Shown one piece after another: positions 35,473-46,373 of a stretch of DNA of 64,000 nt. Numbering within the stretch: the first letter of the stretch is position 1; every line of letters begins with the position of its first letter. Origin of the DNA: Auanema rhodensis (Eukaryota; Animalia; Nematoda). The translations under genes and the position numbers were made by a program. The DNA is taken from contig OZ059897.1 in assembly GCA_964057225.1 (NCBI GenBank), forward strand, positions 11,036,001 to 11,100,000, read 5' to 3'. Below the pieces are notes generated by a model, which was not told the DNA's origin, ran no database searches, and was given only the letters and a program-made list of their open reading frames with translations.

Positions 35473-36912
35473 GTGGCTAAGAGATTCCATTCAGCCGTAC
35501 CTATAAGTACGCATTTCGATTCCCAAGACTCAGCTCCCTTTACCAGAAGTCGAGCTCGAGCTCAAGACGTCGCTATATTAGAAGAGGAGCAGAAAGTCGA
35601 CAAGAAGCCGGATAATTTCCTTATTCCTACTACTGATTCTGTCTCACCTACTGAACAACTAGGCGACCCGGACTACGTACCTACTATAGAAGAAGAACTA
35701 TCAATCATTGTGGAGGAACAAACACCGATCACTCCTAAAAAGGTACGCTCCTCTAATTCTAATAAAAATAAGAAAAATCAAAACATCAGCGACGCTTCTC
35801 AGTCTCTCTCACTAACCGAACCAACCGATTCCCCTTTACTTTCAAAAACTTCTAGGGCGGGTGGGCTTAGTTCTCTTAGAAACATTGTTACTGATCTTTT
35901 TAACCTTTCGCCTAAAGATAAAACTTTCAACACCAAGCGCAAAAGCAGATATTCATCAGTCCCTAACATTAATATCTCACCAATTCAACCACCTGCGCCA
36001 AATACCAGTATTCATCAAACTTCTACTCCCATCTTAACAACAACAGACTCACTTCCTAAGGCACCCAATAGACCTATTCCATCCACGCAAACAACCCCTA
36101 TTTTGGAGACCCCACCAATAACAGGTAGAACGATCAAAATACCATCTACCCGTACGAATAACATTATGACGGAAGCTGTTTCCTCATTACCTGGGGCAGG
36201 GAAAACAACAATCGCGCAAGCCTTACTTTCGCCTTACTGTCCAACTTACGACGGCAGTCGTAACTTCCGTGATTTTACGGGTAAATTCAACTTGTTTGCT
36301 AATGCCATTGGCCTTGTTATCCCTGAAAGGTTAGCACTTCTTCCTTTGCTTCTCAAAAATGAAGCAGCAGAAGAAGCTTACAGACAAGTTCATGAACAAC
36401 TTAAAACAACTGGTTCGTGGAATGATCTGATTAGAGCACTAACATCGAAGCTCTGCCCTGAATATAATCAAGACCCTGCACTTATTAACCTTCAAAACAC
36501 CACGCAAGGGGAATTGACAATTGATGCATACGCCCAAGCATTAAGAACAATGGCATTGAGTGCATTTGCATCTGATGACCCACATAAAGATCAAATACTG
36601 AGATCAACATTCCTCAGAGGACTTAAAAATACTCTAAAACCAGCTGTGATTCGAGCAAAGCCAAAATCCTTCACAGAAGCGATTGAAGCCGCTCGCTGGG
36701 AGGAATCGATAGTGAACCAAACAACAGACACGCAATCGATGTTGGTCAACGCTGTGAACAAAGCACTAGCACCCTTTGCGCGTAATGATGAGAGACGAGA
36801 TAGCCAAACATTTAATCGCAATTATCAACGCGATAACCAAATGATAAGAAATAATCAAAATTATCAAAATAATCAAAATTATCAAAATACTCAAAATAAT
36901 CAAAATTATTAA
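35473..36912 (+). CDS. gag: Gypsy Gag (start uncertain; frame continues past a single TAA into env-pol)
   Basis: PTYDGSRNF...LQNTTQGELTIDAYAQAL...FLRGL capsid motifs. First in-frame ATG is 36166. N/Q/R-rich tail with no zinc knuckle. Confidence 0.85.
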   Translation: MAKRFHSAVPISTHFDSQDSAPFTRSRARAQDVAILEEEQKVDKKPDNFLIPTTDSVSPTEQLGDPDYVPTIEEELSIIVEEQTPITPKKVRSSNSNKNKKNQNISDASQSLSLTEPTDSPLLSKTSRAGGLSSLRNIVTDLFNLSPKDKTFNTKRKSRYSSVPNINISPIQPPAPNTSIHQTSTPILTTTDSLPKAPNRPIPSTQTTPILETPPITGRTIKIPSTRTNNIMTEAVSSLPGAGKTTIAQALLSPYCPTYDGSRNFRDFTGKFNLFANAIGLVIPERLALLPLLLKNEAAEEAYRQVHEQLKTTGSWNDLIRALTSKLCPEYNQDPALINLQNTTQGELTIDAYAQALRTMALSAFASDDPHKDQILRSTFLRGLKNTLKPAVIRAKPKSFTEAIEAARWEESIVNQTTDTQSMLVNAVNKALAPFARNDERRDSQTFNRNYQRDNQMIRNNQNYQNNQNYQNTQNNQNY

Positions 36913-37191
36913 AATTATCAAAAAAATAAAAACTTTTCTAATTTCAATAATAATCGAAACCGTTACGGTTCTTTCGCTAATAATAATCGCCGTACAAATT
37001 ATAACGAACAAGATAATAGGCAATCGAGTTCTGATTGGCATCAAAGAAATTATAATTTTCGTCATAACAACCAACGAGGTAGATTCAATAACAACAACGG
37101 ACAAAGAAGAGTTCAATTCAAAAATCAAAGAGACAACTCAAGAGGAAGAGATAGAAGCTCAACAAGAATAAACTCTGTCACCCTTTCGCCT

Positions 37192-40100
37192 TTGACGCTC
37201 ACAGTTATCATGGCAATAACAGCAGCAATATTCTTGCCCTGTGCATCTACATATCAAATCTGTACAAGAGCAACAGGAGGCGCATTACTTATGCCACCAA
37301 CAATCAGAAAATGCAGATTAACAGAGAAAAACCATGTGCTACGTACAGAAGTTCATCTATACACAAGAAATCACACAGCACACGAATGGGATGCGTGGCG
37401 TTGTTCAGAGGAAGTACACAAGTTATGCGTACGAGACCTGCTATTCCTCCGCGATACGAACAGAACAATAAATAGAATACAGCCTATAGGAGAGCGCGAG
37501 TGCAGACAGGCGATCCGCGATCGCAAGTGGAATAACATAGAACTGCAACGCATTGATAGTATCACCCAAGCAACTCCGGAGCCCTCCTATGACCCAGCGC
37601 GCGCGTTCAACCGCGACGCGTGCGAGGAGCGGTCACGTCTAATATTAGAGCGCGGAGTCATGACCCGTATGCCTGACGATACAATATTGTCAAACTTAAT
37701 ATTGAACACGGAAGGATGCAATGCACATCATGGTAATTGTGAATCAAGTACATCAATAATAATATGGGACCCACAAACCACTGGTTCATGTTGTAATTAT
37801 ATCGATATGCATACATATGACGCTATCATTAGTCAAGATACTATTTTAATCCCTAGTACACAATCGGCACTTATTCTTTCGAGCAAACCAACTCCGAAAC
37901 CTATTTCTTCTTGCTTCAGGCAGCCAGCGTTCTATACGACATCAGGAAATTATATCATTCTTCCTAAATTTCCAAACGACAACAATATAACCACCCTTAT
38001 TGAAAGAGAGTTCAAAAAGCTGCCGTTTAAAAGACCAAAACGTGCAGTCACCGAAGGATGTTCTTTCCCGCTGGATCAAGATCGGATCAACGAAGTTGAA
38101 GATTATGAAACAGTATTGCTTCACGTTTGTCCATATACTTTCCTAAGACCATTAATGAGTAATCCCGGTATTACTTCAATTATTCCTATAATCAAAGGAA
38201 GACGTTTAGTAGATCCAACATACTCTCTAAAGGCATGGATAACATCACATAAAGAAAAATTCGAATTTTTCTTCAGAATTCAAATAAATGAACATTCTGT
38301 TCGACATTTTCTCAAGCAATACGATTTCAGTGATAAAGAAGAAGCTCTGCTATATTATATAGCACAAAGAGAATTAGCCATTACTACAAAGGCAGCAATA
38401 TCATACTTAACATCTGAACAGCTTCTCGAACAAATATCAGATCGTTTGACAGTAATCGAATTCGATGAAATCATAAGGAAGAAACAAGGTTCATATCGCG
38501 AACGAATTGAAAGCATAGCTCTCAATTTAACCAATACACCAGTGATAATTGAAGAAGGACTGACAATTCCATCACGACAAGAAGTCCTACAAACGTTCAT
38601 ACAAATGCCACCAATAAGGAAACGTATACTAACTGACGAGGAAGAGAAGAAAAGCGAATTCATTAAGGCAACGATCAATTTACTAAGAGAACTAAAAACC
38701 CTCACAACAGTACGATGGAATAAAACTGCAGCATTTATTGATGACAGAAAATTTATAAAATTGCCAGCATCACGACAATTCATGCCAAATACAGATAAAC
38801 TATTTTATGACAGGAAGAATAATTATGGAATACCGATCGGTCCACACCCTAAGCTGATCAAGCCCAGCAATCTTTCAAAGAAATTATTATTGGAAATATT
38901 TTTACCCCTGCTCAATAATGTAAAAACACCTTATACATCGAGTAGGATAACACAAGAACAACTTCAAATCTTAATGGCAGAGAAAAATGAAACAAATTTT
39001 CGGCAAATCGCAACGCGGACATCCAGCGTCGCTGCAGGCGGCGCGGCTAGCGGCGCGGTTGTGACACCAGTCCAACCTTTGATCGAACAGAAGGGAACAA
39101 TCCAATCAGTCACCACAATACAGCCGCAAATAACGAACAATCCTCACACAAATGCAACAACCACCACAAGAGCACCATCATGGAGGCAACAGCCATCAAC
39201 AACGGCGCCTCACACGACCGCTGCGACAACAGCACGCACAACAACATCAACCGCTCGTTCGCCAACAACAACAAGAAGCTATGCCATATACAAAGACGCA
39301 CAGATTCCAAAAATACAAGAGACAACCGAAGCCTCTCCAACATTGATTCGAAAAAACCGAGCTTCCTCAACACCATCAGTAGAAACCTCAAATTTAGTGG
39401 AAGCAAATGCGAGATACATAGCAACGAAAATTGACTCGGTACAAGAGTTTCGTCAAAATATATCGAACAAAATAGCCCAAGATCATTTACAGTATGCTAC
39501 TACAATGATCCAAGAGGAATTGCAGAAACATTTTGAAGAATCATACGAATCGATTTGCGAGATACAAAATCGGTATCTGGAATTATGGAAATCAATTCTA
39601 CAAATTGAACCAACAATCGCAATGCGAACAATACTGGGAAGAGAAGATATAGCCGCACGGTTTGTAGGCAATGAAATTTTGCATATACATGTATGCCCTA
39701 CAGTGCTAGAGAAAACCATTTATCACAATCACACCGTAAATGGCACATGCTATCTCGAAACCCCAGTCTGGACACAAGACGGACAGTTACTGTTTGCAGC
39801 ACCCGGATCCAAGGATCTTTTACCTCATGGTAAAGAAATAAGCTGTGATCACGTACCAACAGATATCTGGTCTAGCGAAGGTGAATGGAAAGGAATTAAT
39901 GGGACTGCAGACGTCAATCTTGTATCAATGTGGGACGGACTTCATCACGAAAAAATAACACTATTAAAATTCACCGGAGCTCACTTATACACTAATTTAT
40001 CGTCTCGGGTATACTCAATGACCACAGCCATAGCTTACGGTGCGAGTTTAGCATCGATTCGTCAGAATCACGTTCTTCACACAATTCACAATGATCCAAA

Positions 40101-43100
40101 GATATCAGCTACATTCAGTGTACTAAAGAAAAGTAGCGACTACATATCGAAAGCTCAAGAATTCACCAAGAGCACATGGAAGTCATTCATCGATACAATT
40201 GCAGGAACGATTGAGCGAACACTAATAACGATCGGTGCAATTACATTATTTACCATCATACTCTTTGTGATAGGTTTCATTGTAAAGATCTATTTCTTCA
40301 AACCAGTAGGCATACCAGTTATGCATATTGCACTCAAAGATCACGACAGTGATCTACCAACATACGAAGAAACTTTGGAATTAGTTAGTCATCCGGACCA
40401 ACCGATTCCAAGACACATAATGAAACAATACTATCCATCAATGCTCACATTCATACCAATCGCACTACCATTAGTTTGCTCGATTTCCAAAAAGAAAGAT
40501 CAAGCGCTACCACTTCTATGGATGACTGTTAACGATAGACTGATCCTAACTTTATGGGACTCAGGTTCGTCCGTCAGTTACATAAGAATATCGACACTAC
40601 ACTACTTAGCTTTGAATGACTTTGTTAAGAAGAATACATTAAGAGCAACAACAGCGAACGGATCAGAATTTGTATTCATTGGTACTATCGACTTAACCGT
40701 CGAAATAGCCGGTTACGAAATCGACCATACATTCTTCATATCAGACGACAAAGACTGTCCATCGCCAGCGTTGATTGGATTAGATTTCATGAAAACACTT
40801 GACTGTCAAAACATTGGCATGAAACTAAGACCATACAAAAGAACACTGGAAATTGGAAATCATGTAGTATCTTTGGCTAGCGGAATTAACGGGGATATCA
40901 ACAGGATATCAAAAACTGTTAATTTGATAACCTTGGAACCGCGGAGTCTACTTCCACGACAAGTTTTTAATTTTCAAGTCCAATTAGAGAACCCAATCGG
41001 AGAAGACTTAATCGCTATGATTAAACCAAACGACAATACACCTCTCTCACCTCGATACGACACAGCATTTCGCGATGTTAACTCCATCAATATCCAATTC
41101 CGGAACAATTCTAAAGAATTCATAGAAATACCGGCCGGCACTGTGATTGCAGAAGCCGAAATAGGATCTATACCGGACTATGAAATCTTCTCAACAGAAC
41201 AACAGTACGACTATATTCCACCAGAAGCAGACTGGGAAGGCAAATTACCTCACTTCCCGGGTGATTTCATGAAAGAACTTGACCTAAAAGAGGCTGATCT
41301 TACGCAACGACAAAAAGACGAACTAAGAAACATCATTCGTCAACGTAAGAAGGCATTCCTCAATAAAGATAAAAAGATAGGATTGTTCAAAGGACCAGTA
41401 GAACACAAGATACCACTACGAACGGATATGGATATGCCAAAGCCACGAATTTCACGTATACCTCTCGGGAAACAAGAAGAGGTAGAAAGAAAAGTCCAAG
41501 AAATGCTCGAGCAAGGGATAATAGAACGTTCGACATCTTTGTTCAACAGCCCTGTCGTTCTCGTTAAGAAAAAAGACGAAACATTCCGTTTCGTTACAGA
41601 TTTCCGAGCCTTAAATAACGTTACAAGAAAACAAACATATGTGATTCCTAACATCTCTGATATCATTGACTTAGCTGCTGGATCACAACACTTTTCTAAT
41701 TTTGATCTTGTTTCTGGCTTTTTCCAAATACCATTATTGAAGAAGGATAGACCACTCACATCCTTTACCACCAATAGTGGGACTTATCAATACAGGAGAA
41801 TGCCTATGGGATTATGTGGTGCGCCACATACCTTTCAAACAGCCGTGAGATATCTCCAAAGTAAATGTAAATGCCGACTATTTGTCTATTTGGTCGATTT
41901 ACTAGTCATATCAGACAGCGCAGAACAACACCTCGAAGACATCAAAGAAGTATTACTCGCTGTAGAAAGACTAGGATTTAAGATTAAACTCAAGAAATGT
42001 TCATTTGCAAGACCAGAAGTGAAATTTCTTGGACTCATTGTCGGAAGAGACGGAGTTAAGCCCGATCAACAGAAAGTTTCCGCCATCCGCGATTACCCTG
42101 CTCCTCAAACACCCACAGGAGTAAGAGCATTCTTAGGAATGGTCGGATTCTTTAGAAAATTTATTAAAGATTTTGCGCATATAGCAAGTCCGCTGTATGA
42201 CCTTACTAAGCTAGACGCAGACTTCAATTGGACTAGCGAATGTCAACGTTCACTAGATAAGCTAAAGGAACGACTAATCGAAGCACCGGTACTGAAACCA
42301 CCACGATCAGACCGAACTTTCATCATTGAAAGTGATGGCAGCAACATCGCCATAGGCGCAGTATTACTGCAGCCCGAAGATCCAAACGAACCATTCAAGA
42401 ACTTACATCCAATTGCTTTCGCAAGTAGGAAATTAGTAAAAGCAGAACGTAACTATGCTCCCATAGAGATAGAAGCCTTAGGCTTAGTTTACGCTCTAGC
42501 ACAGTTTCGAACAAACATACTTGGATCACATTCAATTTGCATCACCGATCATCGCCCATTGACAAGCTTACTAACTAGAAGAGACCTATTTGGAAGACTA
42601 GCAAAGTTCCAATTGGTCATACAGGAATACGATATTGAGATCAAATATCGAGAAGGCAGATTAAACAAAGTCTGTGACGCACTCTCTAGATACATTGGAG
42701 ATGAAGCTAACGATCCAAAGACGTCGAACAAGAAACAAAAGACGAATTCGAAAGAGAAAATTGAGACACAACAAGTAAATGTTGTGAAGTTACCAGAATT
42801 CAGCTCAATCCAACAAAATACTCCTTGGATCAAGAGAACAATAGCTGAGATTGAATACAGAACGAAGAAAAATATGATTCAAAATCATCGTTATTGTGTT
42901 ATAAACAACTTACTCTACACAAAACCAAGCGTCAAAAGACCTCATCCAGCGTTAATATTGCCATCGGATAGTGATATAATTAACAAAATCATTGAAGAAT
43001 TTCATGAAGACCCAACAATCGGGGCGCATCAAGGCATCAACAAAACAAAAGAAGCCATATTACGAAGATTTTCCTGGACTAACATGCAGAACGACATAGC

Positions 43101-44205
43101 AAAATACGTAAAACAGTGCATCAAATGTGCACAACGAAAGAAAGATCCTCATGCTATGACCGTACAACCAATGGGTCAATTTAACATACCAACAAAACCA
43201 TTTGAGAGAATACATATGGATATCATGGGACCATTCCCAACATCAAAAAGGAACAACAGCTATGTCCTCACAATACAAGACTCTTTCTCCAAATGGGCTA
43301 CAACTATCGCCATACCAACAATTGTTAGTGAAGTTGTCATTGATAGATTCCTCAGAAACTTTGTATATGTCTATGGACCACCGAACCGCTTAATAACAGA
43401 CCGCGGTTCCAACTTCCTATCAAGGAAATTTGAAGACATGTGCGAAAAACTCGGTATCAAACATGAATCAACACTCCCACATCAGAAGAATTCCAATGGA
43501 CAAGTAGAAAGACTTCATAGAACGTTAGAAGAAGGACTCACACATTATCTCAACGAAGATGTCACTGATTGGGACATGTTTTTGCCAAAAATTACCTTTG
43601 CATTGAACACCACAACGCATGCAACCACAGGAATATCACCATACGTTGTACTATTCGGGAAAGAAAGCCGTTTGAGATTGGATAAAGATTTATACCCCGA
43701 AACAACTGAACCAAAGGAAATTTCAAAGGAGATTGAAAATATTGAGAAAATCCGAAGCAAACAGAAAACAATCATTCAAGAAAATTTGGAAAAGCATCAA
43801 GAATTAGCAAAAAAGAAACATGATGCTCGATTACGCACTCACGAAAGAGATATACAAGAAGGAGACTGCGTTATGTTAGCTGTGAAAATGCACAAGCCAG
43901 GACAAAAGCTTCGGAAAGCTTATGATGGACCATTTGAAGTTATTAATGTGAAGGGAAACATGGTTCAAATCAAAAACCTTTTCGGAAAGATCCAAGACGT
44001 TCACAAGGACAATCTCAAATTATTTAATCGAGAAACAGATGACGGAATCGCACATAAGCCCAGTACACGTACAGACAGCTCAGACGATGACAGCGATATT
44101 GAAATCATAGAGGTTATCAACGGAAACAACAACGATGAAGACTCTTATGACGAACCAGAAGACCTTTCGGATACAAATTGGCTACCATCAAGAAAAAACC
44201 ATTAA
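37192..44205 (+). CDS. pol: Env-Pol polyprotein: signal peptide, class III (gB-like) fusion glycoprotein, TM, protease, RT (YLVD), RNase H, integrase
   Basis: Hydrophobic signal then YQIC; KRPKR at 38029-38043; gB-like helix region about 39484-39850; TM 40219-40299; LWDSGS; YRRMPMGL; ESDGS; H...HQG...CIKC, MDIMGP, TDRGSNF, GQVER, GPF. Confidence 0.9.
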   Translation: MTLTVIMAITAAIFLPCASTYQICTRATGGALLMPPTIRKCRLTEKNHVLRTEVHLYTRNHTAHEWDAWRCSEEVHKLCVRDLLFLRDTNRTINRIQPIGERECRQAIRDRKWNNIELQRIDSITQATPEPSYDPARAFNRDACEERSRLILERGVMTRMPDDTILSNLILNTEGCNAHHGNCESSTSIIIWDPQTTGSCCNYIDMHTYDAIISQDTILIPSTQSALILSSKPTPKPISSCFRQPAFYTTSGNYIILPKFPNDNNITTLIEREFKKLPFKRPKRAVTEGCSFPLDQDRINEVEDYETVLLHVCPYTFLRPLMSNPGITSIIPIIKGRRLVDPTYSLKAWITSHKEKFEFFFRIQINEHSVRHFLKQYDFSDKEEALLYYIAQRELAITTKAAISYLTSEQLLEQISDRLTVIEFDEIIRKKQGSYRERIESIALNLTNTPVIIEEGLTIPSRQEVLQTFIQMPPIRKRILTDEEEKKSEFIKATINLLRELKTLTTVRWNKTAAFIDDRKFIKLPASRQFMPNTDKLFYDRKNNYGIPIGPHPKLIKPSNLSKKLLLEIFLPLLNNVKTPYTSSRITQEQLQILMAEKNETNFRQIATRTSSVAAGGAASGAVVTPVQPLIEQKGTIQSVTTIQPQITNNPHTNATTTTRAPSWRQQPSTTAPHTTAATTARTTTSTARSPTTTRSYAIYKDAQIPKIQETTEASPTLIRKNRASSTPSVETSNLVEANARYIATKIDSVQEFRQNISNKIAQDHLQYATTMIQEELQKHFEESYESICEIQNRYLELWKSILQIEPTIAMRTILGREDIAARFVGNEILHIHVCPTVLEKTIYHNHTVNGTCYLETPVWTQDGQLLFAAPGSKDLLPHGKEISCDHVPTDIWSSEGEWKGINGTADVNLVSMWDGLHHEKITLLKFTGAHLYTNLSSRVYSMTTAIAYGASLASIRQNHVLHTIHNDPKISATFSVLKKSSDYISKAQEFTKSTWKSFIDTIAGTIERTLITIGAITLFTIILFVIGFIVKIYFFKPVGIPVMHIALKDHDSDLPTYEETLELVSHPDQPIPRHIMKQYYPSMLTFIPIALPLVCSISKKKDQALPLLWMTVNDRLILTLWDSGSSVSYIRISTLHYLALNDFVKKNTLRATTANGSEFVFIGTIDLTVEIAGYEIDHTFFISDDKDCPSPALIGLDFMKTLDCQNIGMKLRPYKRTLEIGNHVVSLASGINGDINRISKTVNLITLEPRSLLPRQVFNFQVQLENPIGEDLIAMIKPNDNTPLSPRYDTAFRDVNSINIQFRNNSKEFIEIPAGTVIAEAEIGSIPDYEIFSTEQQYDYIPPEADWEGKLPHFPGDFMKELDLKEADLTQRQKDELRNIIRQRKKAFLNKDKKIGLFKGPVEHKIPLRTDMDMPKPRISRIPLGKQEEVERKVQEMLEQGIIERSTSLFNSPVVLVKKKDETFRFVTDFRALNNVTRKQTYVIPNISDIIDLAAGSQHFSNFDLVSGFFQIPLLKKDRPLTSFTTNSGTYQYRRMPMGLCGAPHTFQTAVRYLQSKCKCRLFVYLVDLLVISDSAEQHLEDIKEVLLAVERLGFKIKLKKCSFARPEVKFLGLIVGRDGVKPDQQKVSAIRDYPAPQTPTGVRAFLGMVGFFRKFIKDFAHIASPLYDLTKLDADFNWTSECQRSLDKLKERLIEAPVLKPPRSDRTFIIESDGSNIAIGAVLLQPEDPNEPFKNLHPIAFASRKLVKAERNYAPIEIEALGLVYALAQFRTNILGSHSICITDHRPLTSLLTRRDLFGRLAKFQLVIQEYDIEIKYREGRLNKVCDALSRYIGDEANDPKTSNKKQKTNSKEKIETQQVNVVKLPEFSSIQQNTPWIKRTIAEIEYRTKKNMIQNHRYCVINNLLYTKPSVKRPHPALILPSDSDIINKIIEEFHEDPTIGAHQGINKTKEAILRRFSWTNMQNDIAKYVKQCIKCAQRKKDPHAMTVQPMGQFNIPTKPFERIHMDIMGPFPTSKRNNSYVLTIQDSFSKWATTIAIPTIVSEVVIDRFLRNFVYVYGPPNRLITDRGSNFLSRKFEDMCEKLGIKHESTLPHQKNSNGQVERLHRTLEEGLTHYLNEDVTDWDMFLPKITFALNTTTHATTGISPYVVLFGKESRLRLDKDLYPETTEPKEISKEIENIEKIRSKQKTIIQENLEKHQELAKKKHDARLRTHERDIQEGDCVMLAVKMHKPGQKLRKAYDGPFEVINVKGNMVQIKNLFGKIQDVHKDNLKLFNRETDDGIAHKPSTRTDSSDDDSDIEIIEVINGNNNDEDSYDEPEDLSDTNWLPSRKNH

Positions 44206-44898
44206 CTCATGAGATTTTATTGTAAATTGTTTTGTAATAACTTTCTTTAAAGTAATACTAGAACACAAATTTTGTAACGAGTCCTCTAAAACAAGTCACT
44301 CTCAAGTCAAAAAGTAAACTAGAGCATAATGAACACGGGAAATGTGAGAAGATAATTCTTTATCATATAGTTCGAACCTTCCTAATTTCAACTAACTTCC
44401 CCATACTAGATGAGATGAAAAATGAAAGACATAGTTTGCAACAATATCTGAGCAACAGTCTTCACTTGAGTAATCAATGACTCAATTTGGAAGTTATTTG
44501 GTATTACGCAAAACTTTTCTTTTTTTTTTTCTAAACTCACACAAATTGAAACAAACAACCGAGCTCTAGCAAAAAAAATTGTTAACTTTTTGTCTACACT
44601 TGTTAGAGCGTTATGCTTAAAAACTTTTTTTTTATTATTTTATAAGCACGTTCGCCAATAAAACATAGTCTAGTATTCGTTAAAGAGGGTTAAAACTTTC
44701 ATAATTTGGTTAAAAATTTTTTTAATTCTTTTCAGATACTGATGTTTTATATTGTATTATGTTCATATTATAAGAATTTTACGTAAAATATTGTATTGTA
44801 ACATGTACTTTAATACACACATTAACCCTTCTGCTACAGTTAATCAAGTCAAAACTTTTGGTTGTCGCGAGGACGCGACATAAACTCGAAAAAGGGCA

Positions 44899-45256
44899 CG
44901 TTCCATTCGAATGATCAATGCATTACATTCATATGACGAAGCTGTAGCAGGCGGGATAGAGTCAGAGAATGCGAGACTGAGAGAAGACGACCCGCCCTTT
45001 TCCATATTACAACACTTCAGCTTTGCCTCAGGGACGATCATGGATGGTTGGTCGTTCTCTCTCTGTTCTCTATTAGTGTAACCTTTACTTAGTTATATGT
45101 ATCTTATTGTAATCACGTAGATATAATAAACCAATCTTTCTCGAGTCTTATGTTTATCCTTATGCTCCATGTTTAACCGCTACATCTGGAATACTACCAC
45201 GCTCATTTTGTAGACTACATTGGTCTGTAAGATCGACGCGGGAGCATAACGGAACG
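44899..45256 (+). repeat. 3' LTR of Gypsy element (about 358 bp, CGTTCC...GGAACG)
   Basis: Inverted 6-bp termini, internal AATAAA, preceded by a purine tract; the right end is fixed by the PBS-adjacent 5' copy. Confidence 0.8.
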
Positions 45257-45301
45257 AAAGCAAGCAATAATTTTATAGCATTTAAATTTCAAAACAAAAA
45301 A

Positions 45302-45373
45302 TGCCCAAGACAGGAATCGAACCTGTGTCGCCACGGCCACAACGTGGAGTACTAACCACTATACTATTTGGGC
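45302..45373 (-). tRNA. tRNA-His(GTG), inverted, G7A acceptor-stem variant (same variant at 45710 and 46042 on +)
   Basis: Intact A and B boxes; GCCCAAA/CTTGGGC mismatch. Confidence 0.75.
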
Positions 45374-46373
45374 CAATATAACAACAACTTAACAAAGTTA
45401 GTGTGTTCATTGTTACTGAAATGAACTAAGATTCAAAACCAAAAATGCCCAAGACAGGAATCGAACGTGTGTCGCCACCGCCAGACCTTTGTACTTGTAC
45501 ACCGAATACATGTACGATTTGTCTACAATTGTGTGTCGATTCCTGTTTTTGATCACGTTTAATTAACTGTATTGTTTTCAAAAATAAAGACAAAATTCAA
45601 TTTCTGTTCATTGAATTAGAATTTTCATGTTGTCACACAGAAATTGAAGAATCTTAGTTCATTTCAGTAACAGTGAACACACTAACTTTGTTAAGTTGTT
45701 GTAATATTGGCCCAAATAGTATAGTGGTTAGTACTCCACGTTGTGGCCGTGGCGACACAGGTTCGATTCCTGTCTTGGGCACTTTTTGTTTTGAAATTTA
45801 AATGCTATAAAATTATTGCTTGCTTGTCATGTTAGATTTGTTTAATTTAAATACTCATTCAAGTTCTAACAATTTCTGATTTAATCACGTTTAATTAACT
45901 GTATTGTTTTCAAAAACAAAGACATATTTCAATTTCTGTTCATTGAATTAGAATTTTCATGTTGTCACACAGAAATTGAAGAATCTTAGTTCATTTCCGT
46001 AACAGTGAACACACTAACTTTGTTAAGTTGTTGTAATATTGGCCCAAATAGTATAGTGGTTAGTACTCCACGTTGTGGCCGTGGCGACACAGGTTCGATT
46101 CCTGTCTTGGGCACTTTTTGTTTTGAAATTTAAATGCTATAAAATTATTGCTTGCTTGTCATGTTAGATTTGTTTAATTTAAATACTCATTCAAGTTATA
46201 ACAATTTTTGATGTAATCACGTTTAATTAACTGTATTGTTTTCAAAAACAAAGACATATTTCAATTTCTGTTCATTGAATTAGAATTTTCATGTTGTCAC
46301 ACAGAAATTGAAGAATCTTAGTTCATTTCAGTAACAGTGAACACACTAACTTTGTTTAGTTGTTTTGATATCG

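Larger units (their letters stand above)
33916..45256 (+). mobile_element. Ty3/Gypsy (Metaviridae) LTR retrotransposon with envelope between gag and pol; 5' LTR mostly deleted
   Basis: 33916-33966 repeats 45206-45256 (1 mismatch); PBS at 33967; PR-RT-RH-IN order; purine tract AAAAAGGGCA before the 3' LTR. Confidence 0.93.

Noticed and set aside
34115-35506. Short ORFs in the long Gypsy leader
   Set aside because: They are low-complexity, have no motifs, and there is no second copy to test conservation.
44943-45184. TGTAGC...GCTACA as the canonical Gypsy LTR or a nested solo LTR
   Set aside because: There is no TSD or adjacent purine tract, and the PBS-adjacent repeat shows the LTR ends at GGAACG (45256). 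A nested relic cannot be fully excluded.
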